IMG/VR virus record: IMGVR_UViG_3300020424_000350
Location: 1 to 63,434 of that record
DNA length: 63,434 bases
Source: a virus
Taxonomy: Duplodnaviria > Caudoviricetes
Strand: one strand, 5' to 3'
Position 1 is the stretch's first letter; each line of letters opens with the position of its first letter. This document shows, piece by piece, positions 40,434 through 48,728 of the stretch. The position numbers and the translations under genes are program-made. The notes beneath the pieces are model-generated. The model had not been told where the DNA came from. It did no database searches and saw only the letters and a list, made by a program, of their open reading frames with translations.

Positions 40434-40703
40434 GTGGAAATAAAAAACAATATTAGAGATACCGAGTTTTACGACGTTTTCTTATACTTCGGAGACACCC
40501 GTGCAAAGACTATGTTTGGCGAAGGACGATTTATAGGAAAAATGGCTGTAGATTCGATAATTTTTATAAGTTTTGAGCCGATTAGTAAGATATTACTAAG
40601 GGACTCGAAAGATAGATGGTTCAATTATGTAGAGCCCATGGAAATGAGTTATATGTTAGAGCCGATTGATAAACCTACATTTATTAAGGGAGAAATAAAA
40701 TGA
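40434..40703 (+). CDS. Hypothetical protein
   Basis: AAGGAG RBS, GTG start. Confidence 0.6.
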   Translation: MEIKNNIRDTEFYDVFLYFGDTRAKTMFGEGRFIGKMAVDSIIFISFEPISKILLRDSKDRWFNYVEPMEMSYMLEPIDKPTFIKGEIK

Positions 40704-40954
40704 GTGTAAAAGAAATAACTATAGACTTAACCAATAAAAGCGATTGGTATAGAGTAGTTGACGGGGTCGAATGTGTTGGAACATTCGATAGAAATGAAGT
40801 TATCAGTATTGGATATCAAGACGAGATAGGTGAAGGAATGGAAGATTTCTTCCATATATCTGACGACGAGGTGACTTGTTGGCAGTCATTGATAGACCAC
40901 ATAAGGGAGACTTTACCTTGTGGATTTACTTTAGATACAATCGAGGTGGGCTAA
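40700..40954 (+). CDS. Hypothetical acidic protein
   Basis: GGAG RBS. Confidence 0.6.
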   Translation: MSVKEITIDLTNKSDWYRVVDGVECVGTFDRNEVISIGYQDEIGEGMEDFFHISDDEVTCWQSLIDHIRETLPCGFTLDTIEVG

Positions 40955-41286
40955 TGGCGACTATTAGATTTGATAAAGCGGGAGTGTTCTCATGGGAGGA
41001 CACTATTGACGAGTTCATGCAAGAAGCAGTAGACGACCCAAGCGATATAGCGATAGTTATAAGTAACACGATAGATTCTGCAGCAGAGGAAAAGCAAGAA
41101 CAGATACAAGGACAGTATGCAGGTGACGTTCACGGAGCTATGGGACCAGTCGGACTCTACATTTATACGATGGAAGATGACGACTGGATATATGTGGCAC
41201 ATTTTATTTACGAGGTAGAACACCAATGTTTTTTACACAGACATAGAAAATGGATTAATCCAAAACAAGGAGAAAATAATGGCTAG
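40954..41286 (+). CDS. Hypothetical acidic protein
   Basis: GAGG RBS; start reassigned to 40954. Confidence 0.6.
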   Translation: MATIRFDKAGVFSWEDTIDEFMQEAVDDPSDIAIVISNTIDSAAEEKQEQIQGQYAGDVHGAMGPVGLYIYTMEDDDWIYVAHFIYEVEHQCFLHRHRKWINPKQGENNG

Positions 41287-41535
41287 TGTAGATAAAAAGA
41301 TTGGTCGATTAAAGGCGAAAACTTGGGGACGTACGACGGGTGGATATAGTCCGAAGTACGCGAAACTAGCAAAACGTAGAGGCTCTAAAGGTTCTCGGAG
41401 GGTAGCAAAACAAGAATTAAAGATTTAAAACAGGAACTGCATTTTAGGCATACTCTACAAAAACGAGAGCAATTGACTCTACAGGCTAAGAAGCCAAGAT
41501 AATAAATAGAGCACCTAAGACCAGTACCAAAATTC

Positions 41536-41572
41536 GAAGCCCCGACTATCCCCCCTGTCGGGGTTTCCTTTT
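41536..41572 (+). terminator. Rho-independent terminator
   Basis: GAAGCCCCGAC/GTCGGGGTTTC stem followed by T tract. Confidence 0.65.
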
Positions 41573-41604
41573 ATGCGGTAATCGCTTGGCGGCTCGTGGG
41601 CTGC

Positions 41605-41633
41605 GGTACTTTCTAAAAAATCTACTTTATAAT
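41605..41633 (+). promoter_or_regulatory. Early promoter variant
   Basis: tgcGGTACT-N17-TATAAT. Confidence 0.55.
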
Positions 41634-41690
41634 AATAGGTAAGGTTTAAGAATTAACTTAGACCCGTAAACGAAAAATGGAGAATTTATC

Positions 41691-42401
41691 GTGAAAGAAA
41701 CAAAAATAAACCAAAATACTAAACTATTAGGAGACATAGAACTGTTTATTACTAAGAGTTTAGGATTAGTTAAGGAGTTAGAGAAATCTAACGAATTCGT
41801 ACATTACTGGCTCAACTGTTATGACTCTGAGCGTTTCGATGCTGTGGACCTGTTCCATGCTGTCGTTTTCGATGAGTCGTTAAACTTCGAGCCGTCCGAC
41901 TTGTATCATAATACTTGGGGTCGTAGTACTAATCTTGCTGGTAATGACTTTTGTTATGAGTGGTCGTCGTCAACGTCTCACTCTCGTAGGGGTATTAATA
42001 CTAAAAAAATAAATGTACCTAGTAAGTTTAATGCTGGTCCTATCCATCTGAGTTTGGGTCATCATGAGACTGATTCTAAGGATGTTTTGTTTATACCTAC
42101 TGAGTGTCTGATGGCTGGTCGTAATCGTGAGTTGTATCCTACTTTAAAAAGGTTGACTCCTAGGGGTTCGTTCCCTTCGGAGTTTTATAGTGAATCTATA
42201 AGTGGTGCGTATAATCGTATGCGTTCGGAAATTAGTCATGCGGTGGTAGTGTATCGCGTCGACCAAAACGGTGACCAGGATGTTTCGGTTCGTTGGTACT
42301 CTAGCCATGTTTCGAATAAGTATTGGAGTGATTTTTTCTCTCTTAATGATGTTTTCGACCATCTATGGGAGGGTCTCCAAATCTATCCGTATGGCTACTA
42401 A
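41691..42401 (+). CDS. Hypothetical protein (single-gene cassette)
   Basis: Own promoter, GGAG RBS and downstream hairpin. Confidence 0.7.
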   Translation: MKETKINQNTKLLGDIELFITKSLGLVKELEKSNEFVHYWLNCYDSERFDAVDLFHAVVFDESLNFEPSDLYHNTWGRSTNLAGNDFCYEWSSSTSHSRRGINTKKINVPSKFNAGPIHLSLGHHETDSKDVLFIPTECLMAGRNRELYPTLKRLTPRGSFPSEFYSESISGAYNRMRSEISHAVVVYRVDQNGDQDVSVRWYSSHVSNKYWSDFFSLNDVFDHLWEGLQIYPYGY

Positions 42402-42415
42402 GTAGTTTTCTACTA

Positions 42416-42460
42416 AATACCCTCGTTCCGCTGTCCGTGGTTCGGGGGTATTATTTTATT
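42416..42460 (+). terminator. Probable terminator
   Basis: AATACCCTCG...CGGGGGTATT stem plus T-rich tail. Confidence 0.45.
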
Positions 42461-42708
42461 CGTATTAGTGTTTTTAAAAATAAAATCTTTTACTCGAAGA
42501 AATGTTAAAAACTACTAATATCTCTAATATTCTAATAGAATCGAGCTAGAGTACAGTATTTTATTGGATTTCTTGATTTAGCAAAACTAATAGATTTCGT
42601 ATTAGTTATTAGAAACTAATGGTAAGATTTACCAGAGGGCATGAGAATTTGTTTTTATTTGATAATAAAATCTAATAGAATAATAACACTACTGGAGCGA
42701 GGTATTAT

Positions 42709-43227
42709 ATGAAACAACTGACTTACACACCGTTACAACCTACAGAAGACGGTAAAGGTTTCATCGATGAGAAGGGTAAGATTTGGCAACCATTAAATTC
42801 TAAACAAAAGAAATTTTGTAGGGAATATTTCAAAGGGCAAACAGCAACGGAAGCCGCGATAAAAGCAGGATATACAAAGGATAGGAAGGGGGCTAAGACT
42901 CAAGGCAGTGTACTACTGAATCATAACCCACTAGTAAAGAATTATCTCATTGACTTGGAAATAGCAGCTGCGGAACGCGACCAGATTTCCTTAGAGAATC
43001 ATCTCGGGACTCTACACGACCTCAGGGAAGAAGCCAAGGACCAAGGACAGATATCCGCTGCCATCACAGCAGAAGTACATCGAGGCAAAGCGGGTGGACT
43101 CTACATCGATAGACGCGAAGTACTGACCGCGAAGATTGATTTGATGTCCAAAGATGATATACTCACTCGACTCGAACAATTAATAGAGAAACGTACAGGC
43201 GGTCGAGTCATCGAAAATGAATCTTAG
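42709..43227 (+). CDS. terS: Terminase small subunit
   Basis: LNSKQKKFCREY...ATEAAIKAGY...LL...V HTH; SAAITAEVHRGKAGGLY. Confidence 0.85.
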   Translation: MKQLTYTPLQPTEDGKGFIDEKGKIWQPLNSKQKKFCREYFKGQTATEAAIKAGYTKDRKGAKTQGSVLLNHNPLVKNYLIDLEIAAAERDQISLENHLGTLHDLREEAKDQGQISAAITAEVHRGKAGGLYIDRREVLTAKIDLMSKDDILTRLEQLIEKRTGGRVIENES

Positions 43228-43279
43228 TCTACTCTATCGCTCTACTCTATCTATCGGTCCATCTATCCCTCGGTCCGTC
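43228..43279. repeat. CTCTA/TCTAT short-repeat tract
   Basis: tctactctatcgctctactctatctatcgg. Confidence 0.75.
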
Positions 43280-43365
43280 AGTCTTTTCCACTAACACATC
43301 TACGAGTCCTAGAATCCACGAGTCCTAGATTTTACAAGGGACTAATCTGGTAGTCTTTTTAGTGC

Positions 43366-43394
43366 TTTACTTTCTTTGCAATCCAAGCAATAAT
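43366..43394 (+). promoter_or_regulatory. Early promoter
   Basis: tgcTTTACT-N17-AATAAT. Confidence 0.5.
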
Positions 43395-43448
43395 ATAGGT
43401 AGATAGTAAAAGGGTTTACTATCATTAACTAAAACAAAAAGGAAAATT

Positions 43449-43745
43449 ATGAAAATAAATCCAAACTTTAAAGCAGGTGCCCAAAAGGGTTCGACTAACT
43501 ATAACGAAAGAGTAACTTTAATAGCTACTCCTGAGGGAAAATTCCCGCCCCAAGCTGGGAAAATAATCGAGGCATTACTAGCCGCTAAAGATTATACTTT
43601 GACTGTGGGCGAGTTAGTTGGATTCGATGGCAGTAAAGAGTCCGAGTTAGAAAAGGTGGGACTGGAAACAGTTCAAACTCCGATAGCTATTTGGAATCAT
43701 TACAAACCTAGATTACTAAAAGAAAATCTAGTAAAAATCGGTTAA
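43449..43745 (+). CDS. Early protein (PQ...TxQxP..I(F/W)..Y family)
   Basis: Own promoter and terminator; resembles 33488..33832. Confidence 0.7.
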   Translation: MKINPNFKAGAQKGSTNYNERVTLIATPEGKFPPQAGKIIEALLAAKDYTLTVGELVGFDGSKESELEKVGLETVQTPIAIWNHYKPRLLKENLVKIG

Positions 43746-43759
43746 TCTTTAATCGTCTT

Positions 43760-43787
43760 AAAAGGGTGGCTTCGGTCGCCCTTTTTT
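43760..43787 (+). terminator. Rho-independent terminator
   Basis: AAAAGGGTGGC-TTCG-GTCGCCCTTTTTT. Confidence 0.85.
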
Positions 43788-43790
43788 GTG

Positions 43791-43941
43791 CTCTACTCTA
43801 GTCTACTCTATCCGTCGCTCTACTCTACTCTATCGCTCGGTCTACTCTACACTACTACTTACTCTACACTCACACTACCACCCACAGATTATATAGAGGG
43901 AGCGAACGACAGACGGACGGACGGAGGGACGGACGGATAGA
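43791..43941. repeat. CTCTA repeat array followed by GACG repeat array
   Basis: Many (T)CTACTCTA units at 43791-43868; gacggacggacggagggacggacggatag at 43912-43940. Confidence 0.85.
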
Positions 43942-44030
43942 TTTTTTATGGAAAATATTTAAGTATTTATATAGTTAAATATATATATAGTTTTACTTGT
44001 ATATATATAGTATTGCTGTAATATGTACTT

Positions 44031-44486
44031 ATGGAAAAACAAAAAACAGGTGCGGCAACGCCTTCTAAGGTTGCCAACAAGGGTGCTCCATTAGGTCCTA
44101 AAGCTACTAAGAAAGTTAGTGCGCCTAGTGGTCGCGGTGGTAGTAATATTAACTTAAATACTAGGGTATGGGTTAGTGAGGACTCAGAAAGTAGTGGCTT
44201 ACTAGCTGCCTTACCCCCTCAGTTAGCTAAAGCACTAGAAATAGTTGTTAATGACTTTGAGGGTAATTGTACTTTAGGTCAATTAGATGAAGCATGGCAA
44301 AAGTCTAATAACTTAGATGTTAATGGTGGTCCTTACACTCAAGGCATTAAAGCTAGACCTGGTCAAAATTCTTTTTGGACTCACTACATTAGTGGTACTA
44401 GTTTCAAAAATAATTTGACTAAGCGTAAGCCAATAGTTGCTTTTGGTATTGATAATATATCTAAGTACTTTAAGTTAGCTAATTAA
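44031..44486 (+). CDS. Early basic protein (possible third member of the PQ family)
   Basis: LPPQLAKALE...TLGQL...FWTHY; K/A/P-rich N-terminus. Confidence 0.65.
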   Translation: MEKQKTGAATPSKVANKGAPLGPKATKKVSAPSGRGGSNINLNTRVWVSEDSESSGLLAALPPQLAKALEIVVNDFEGNCTLGQLDEAWQKSNNLDVNGGPYTQGIKARPGQNSFWTHYISGTSFKNNLTKRKPIVAFGIDNISKYFKLAN

Positions 44487-44500
44487 TTAACCTTTAACCG

Positions 44501-44534
44501 AAAAGGGCTAGTGTGAGGTACTAGCCCTTTTTTT
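44501..44534 (+). terminator. Rho-independent terminator
   Basis: AAAAGGGCTAGT...ACTAGCCCTTTTTTT. Confidence 0.85.
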
Positions 44535-44566
44535 ATGTCTACAATAAATCAAAAAGATCTTTTTAA

Positions 44567-44640
44567 TGGTTAATTATTAACCACCCACACTAACACTTAT
44601 ACTACTGGTTAAATATTAACCAATGGTTAAATATTAACCA
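44567..44640. repeat. Three TGGTTAA-N3-TTAACCA palindromes
   Basis: Copies at 44567-44583, 44606-44622 and 44624-44640. Confidence 0.9.
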
Positions 44641-44832
44641 CTAAAACAACTATACCATTTAGTTATATATCTAGCTATTTATATAACTATAAAGTCTATA
44701 CCCCCCCTTGACAAAAATTCCCCCTGCCCTGCGTCCTCACCTTAGGTTCGCACCCTTAATCGGAAGTAGTTTACAAATAAGTCCCTATGAAAAAAATTTT
44801 GCGAAAAAATTTTTGCAGATTATACTTTCGGC

Positions 44833-45237
44833 ATGGGTTTTAAGATGAGCTTAATTTTAGGAGTCCTATTGGTAGCTACTGTGGCGGGGTCAGCAGGGTA
44901 TATAAAATACTTACATGAACAACTTGCTATTGCCTTAGGTAATCAGATAGTATTAGAATCTAAAATAGAGGAGCAGAACGAATCTATAGATAGATATATA
45001 GAAAACCAAAAAATTACGCAAACTAAAATAAATATGTTAGAACGAGAAAAAGCAGAAGCAGGGAAAGAAGTAAAACGTTTACGTAAGATTTTTAGCGAAC
45101 ATGACTTAGGTAATTTAGCTTTAAATAAACCAAAGCTAATAGAAAATATAATTAATAAAGGAACTAAAGCAGCTATGGACAAATTAGTCAATCTCTCCTC
45201 ACCAAAGTATGAAAATACTGATAATCTCCTTGACTAG
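44833..45237 (+). CDS. Putative i-spanin (Rz-like)
   Basis: N-terminal TM plus long coiled coil; overlaps a lipoprotein gene. Confidence 0.65.
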   Translation: MGFKMSLILGVLLVATVAGSAGYIKYLHEQLAIALGNQIVLESKIEEQNESIDRYIENQKITQTKINMLEREKAEAGKEVKRLRKIFSEHDLGNLALNKPKLIENIINKGTKAAMDKLVNLSSPKYENTDNLLD

Positions 45238-45580
45238 TTTGTTTGTCTTCGGAGGCTGTACATTGCTTCCGAAGACCCCAGTACAAGTAAAAACTATTGC
45301 TAAACCTGCACCTTTGTATCATCCTCCGTTACCGTCTGAAATAGAAATATTACCTGTCAACTGGAAAGTTATGACACCAGAACTTATGGAGGAATATTTA
45401 GAACTTTTTAAAAAAGGCGAAGCTCCTGCTGTTCCGTATTATTCTTTAACGACTCAGCAGTATGAGAACTTGTCGTCTAACGTCGCGGATATTACCAGAT
45501 ACATTGAGAATATTTTAAGTATAATAAAATATTACAGGAGTTTAGATGAGGAAAAGCAAAAGGACGGAGGAGCCGAGTAA
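45209..45580 (+). CDS. Putative o-spanin (Rz1-like lipoprotein)
   Basis: Signal peptide with FGGC lipobox; Pro-rich. Confidence 0.65.
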   Translation: MKILIISLTSLFVFGGCTLLPKTPVQVKTIAKPAPLYHPPLPSEIEILPVNWKVMTPELMEEYLELFKKGEAPAVPYYSLTTQQYENLSSNVADITRYIENILSIIKYYRSLDEEKQKDGGAE

Positions 45581-45836
45581 TCAATATTTAGAAGTTATTA
45601 ATAATAAATATTGTTACTTTGGACCTGATTACAAATTTACCCTTACAGATGAGAAATACCATAACTATGCAACGTTAGTTATAAATCCTTCGCATATAAA
45701 AATTGTTAAAAACGAAACTAGCAAAAGTAACCAAGAATTAAAAGAACAAATAGTTAATGATTGGTTTATAGAAGAAAACGAAAGTACTAGAGATAGGAAT
45801 AACCGTAAAGCTAGAGAAAAAAGGAATGGGAACTAA
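45546..45836 (+). CDS. Hypothetical protein
   Basis: ORF in operon. Confidence 0.5.
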   Translation: MRKSKRTEEPSNQYLEVINNKYCYFGPDYKFTLTDEKYHNYATLVINPSHIKIVKNETSKSNQELKEQIVNDWFIEENESTRDRNNRKAREKRNGN

Positions 45837-46314
45837 AACTTGTATATCTTGTGGTAAAGCTAGAAATACTAATAAGTTTTCTCAAAATTTTAAGTTAAAG
45901 AACGGTCAGCCTGGATTTCGTAACGTATGTAGAGATTGCGATTCGTTACGTAAAAACAAATTTATAAGTAGTACTCCATATACTTATTTAACTAAAGTAC
46001 ATACTCAATCTAAAAGTAAACGTTCCAAAGATATGGAATGGTCAATAACTGCGGAAGACTTACATGATTTATGGGATGAACAAGGTGGGCGGTGCGCTCT
46101 CAGTGGTGTATTTATGACGTATGGTAAAGACGGGAACGGTAGTAAAGAATTTAACGCGTCCATTGATAGGATTGATTCGACGAAACCTATATATACACGG
46201 ACCAACGTACAACTGGTCACGTACCGCGTAAATATCATGAAGCACACACTGACCGAGGACCTCTTACTTTGGTGGTGCCGTAATCTAATAGCCAAACACG
46301 ACAAAATCGATTAA
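45826..46314 (+). CDS. HNH-like endonuclease with N-terminal Zn ribbon
   Basis: CxxC...CxxC; LW..QGGRCALSG...SIDRIDS...NVQLV...N.MK. Confidence 0.75.
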   Translation: MGTKTCISCGKARNTNKFSQNFKLKNGQPGFRNVCRDCDSLRKNKFISSTPYTYLTKVHTQSKSKRSKDMEWSITAEDLHDLWDEQGGRCALSGVFMTYGKDGNGSKEFNASIDRIDSTKPIYTRTNVQLVTYRVNIMKHTLTEDLLLWWCRNLIAKHDKID

Positions 46315-46361
46315 TATAAATCGCGACATTAACACCACCTAAGTGTTAAAGTACTTTACTT

Positions 46362-47417
46362 ATGGCTGAACCACAATTTAAACCAGCGAGACCACCTATA
46401 GAACAATTTATATCAGATGTTCGTGGTCAGGGGATATTACAAACTTTAAACCCTAATTTAAAAAACGACCCCGTATTTCAAAAGGTTTCTTCAGCTTTAG
46501 ATTTTATAATACCAGACCCCGACAACCCGTTGGACTTTCTCGGTCCTGGTGGTAAAGTAGCTGCTGGATTTTTTAGTAATTTACCTTTACCGTTAGCTAG
46601 AAAAATAAAAGCTACGATGAAGAAAATAGAAGATTTAGAATTAAAAGTAAAAAGAGAACGAGCAGCTAGAAAATCCGATGGACCAGCCGCTTCTACAGCT
46701 TTAGAGAAAGCGGAAAACTCATTAAAAGCACAAAACGAAAAATTAGATAAACTGTTTGAAGAGGGTGGTGTAAAAGGTCCTCCTCGAGTAATTAAAAATA
46801 AAGAAGAACAATTAGCCGAAACATTAAGTAAAGATAATGTATATCACGGTGGCATAGCAGGATTAAAAACTGAAGCGGGTGAACAATTTTTAAAAAGACC
46901 ACCAGCAGCTACAGATGATGCAGGAGTAGCTCAATCAACGGGAGGTATTTATTCAGTATTAAATGTTGATGACCCTAGATTTTTTAATTTCTCTGGTAGA
47001 AATATCGACCCTAAAAAATCAGGTTACATAGTTTCACCTGAGTTAAGAAGAACGGTAGACGCGGCAGATATGCCAAAAGATTTACAAAACAAACTATACG
47101 ATAGATTGTCTGAATTACAACAAGTCGATGACTTTGGAGGATTAACTCCTTTAGAAAGATATACTTACTTTAATATTTCTAAAATCTTAGGTAAAGAACC
47201 GATTAAAAATTCAGGATTAGTTCCAGGAGTGTTTCAAAAAGAAACTGGAGATATTTTCAGACAAGAAGGATTCGATTCTATATTATTCCCCAGACGACCT
47301 AACTTCAAAGGTGAGGGTAAAACTTTGATATCTGTTGCTGACGACAACTTGCGTATAGCGGATGAAATAAAGTATGATGAGGTCGCTGATTTTATTAGAA
47401 AAATGAGTGGAAAATAA
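46362..47417 (+). CDS. Protein with possible ART-PolyVal-like C-terminal domain
   Basis: VYHGG...GGIYS...EGFDSILF. Confidence 0.4.
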   Translation: MAEPQFKPARPPIEQFISDVRGQGILQTLNPNLKNDPVFQKVSSALDFIIPDPDNPLDFLGPGGKVAAGFFSNLPLPLARKIKATMKKIEDLELKVKRERAARKSDGPAASTALEKAENSLKAQNEKLDKLFEEGGVKGPPRVIKNKEEQLAETLSKDNVYHGGIAGLKTEAGEQFLKRPPAATDDAGVAQSTGGIYSVLNVDDPRFFNFSGRNIDPKKSGYIVSPELRRTVDAADMPKDLQNKLYDRLSELQQVDDFGGLTPLERYTYFNISKILGKEPIKNSGLVPGVFQKETGDIFRQEGFDSILFPRRPNFKGEGKTLISVADDNLRIADEIKYDEVADFIRKMSGK

Positions 47418-47418
47418 A

Positions 47419-47712
47419 ATGCCAAGGAAAAAAGAAAAATCAATTAGACGTACCACAGGTAAAGGCGGTAATTATAGACCGACTAAAGCTGGTGCGGGAA
47501 TGACTAAAAAAGGTGTTGCTGCCTATAGACGTAAAAATCCTGGAAGTAAATTAAAAACTGCTGTTACAGGTAAAGTCAAAAAAGGTAGTAAAGCTGCAAA
47601 AAGAAGAAAGTCATACTGTGCTCGTTCTGCAGGACAGATGAAAAAGTTTCCGAAGGCAGCAAAAAATCCTAATTCTAGGTTGAGACAAGCAAGACGAAGA
47701 TGGAAGTGTTAA
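47419..47712 (+). CDS. Highly basic small protein
   Basis: GMTKKGVAAYRRKNPGSKLK...RRKSYCARS...RRWKC. Confidence 0.75.
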   Translation: MPRKKEKSIRRTTGKGGNYRPTKAGAGMTKKGVAAYRRKNPGSKLKTAVTGKVKKGSKAAKRRKSYCARSAGQMKKFPKAAKNPNSRLRQARRRWKC

Positions 47713-47892
47713 ATGCCAAAACATAGTAAAAAAGGTAAAAGTAAACGTCCAGGATTATGGGCGAATATTCATGCAAAACGTAAACGTATAAAAGCTGGTA
47801 GTGGTGAACGTATGCGTAAACCAGGAAGTAAAGGTGCCCCAACTAAAAAGAATTTTAAACAAGCAAGGTCAACATCTAAGAGAAGGAGGTAG
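47713..47892 (+). CDS. Highly basic small protein (59 aa, not in ORF track)
   Basis: GLWANIHAKRKRIKAGSGERMRKPGSKGAPT. Confidence 0.75.
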   Translation: MPKHSKKGKSKRPGLWANIHAKRKRIKAGSGERMRKPGSKGAPTKKNFKQARSTSKRRR

Positions 47893-47894
47893 GT

Positions 47895-48086
47895 ATGGCT
47901 GAAAAAAGAGCAAAGAGAAAGAAAAAAGCTGCTAAGAGAGGTGGTGCTAAACCAACTAACCCAGCTTTGTATGCTAGAGTAAAAGCAGAAGCTAAACGTA
48001 AATTTAAAGTTTACCCTTCAGCTTATGCTAATGGTTGGTTAGTAAGAGAATATAAAAAACGTGGTGGAGGTTATCGTAGTTCATAA
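47895..48086 (+). CDS. Highly basic small protein
   Basis: PTNPALYARVKAEAKRKFKVYPSAYANGWLVREYKKRGG. Confidence 0.75.
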   Translation: MAEKRAKRKKKAAKRGGAKPTNPALYARVKAEAKRKFKVYPSAYANGWLVREYKKRGGGYRSS

Positions 48087-48262
48087 TGGAATTTATTTGG
48101 TTTCCACTTGTGTTATGTTGTATCGTCGCTATGATTGGAGAACACTCTAACCCTAGAGGTATGAATATTTTTTGGTATAAAGTAACTATAAAAACTAGAG
48201 AATATACAAAAGCATTAACAGAATATGACTCTGGTAATAACGATGGAAACGGACCTAGATAA
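48086..48262 (+). CDS. Small membrane protein (58 aa, not in ORF track)
   Basis: MEFIWFPLVLCCIVAMIG; TAATG coupling on both sides. Confidence 0.55.
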   Translation: MEFIWFPLVLCCIVAMIGEHSNPRGMNIFWYKVTIKTREYTKALTEYDSGNNDGNGPR

Positions 48263-48570
48263 TGGCTAAACCTAAAGGTGGATTAACTGCTTGGTTCGGT
48301 AAAGGACCAAAAGGTGATTGGGTAGATATAGGAGCACCTAAGAAAAAAGGTAAGTTCCAAAAATGCGGTCGTAAATCTGCTAAAGGTAAATCTAAAAGGA
48401 AATACCCTAAATGTGTTCCACGAGCTAAAGCTAGAACTATGACAGCCGCACAAAGAAGAAGTGCTGTGCGTAGAAAAAGAGCAGCAGGGAATCCAGGAGG
48501 CAAACCTACAAACGTAAGAACTATTGTTAAAAAGAGGAAAACCAATGGCAGAAAAAAGAAAAAAGCGTAG
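48262..48570 (+). CDS. Highly basic small protein
   Basis: GLTAWF...WVDI...CGR...YPKCVP...RRKR. Confidence 0.75.
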   Translation: MAKPKGGLTAWFGKGPKGDWVDIGAPKKKGKFQKCGRKSAKGKSKRKYPKCVPRAKARTMTAAQRRSAVRRKRAAGNPGGKPTNVRTIVKKRKTNGRKKKKA

Positions 48571-48727
48571 TAAGTTAAAACAACTAACGCAAAGACAAAA
48601 AGATACTTTAAAAAAGCATAGTAAACATCACACGGCTAAACATATGACCGAAATGAGAAAAATGATGAAAGCGGGTAAAACTTTTACCCAAGCTCATAAA
48701 GGTGCTATGAAAAAAGTAGGAAAATAA
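48545..48727 (+). CDS. Highly basic His-rich small protein
   Basis: LTQRQKDTLKKHSKHHTAKHM...FTQAHKGAMKKVGK. Confidence 0.7.
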   Translation: MAEKRKKRSKLKQLTQRQKDTLKKHSKHHTAKHMTEMRKMMKAGKTFTQAHKGAMKKVGK

Positions 48728-48728
48728 A

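Noticed and set aside
43791-43941. CRISPR array
   Set aside because: Units are 4-5 nt microrepeats with no regular repeat-spacer structure
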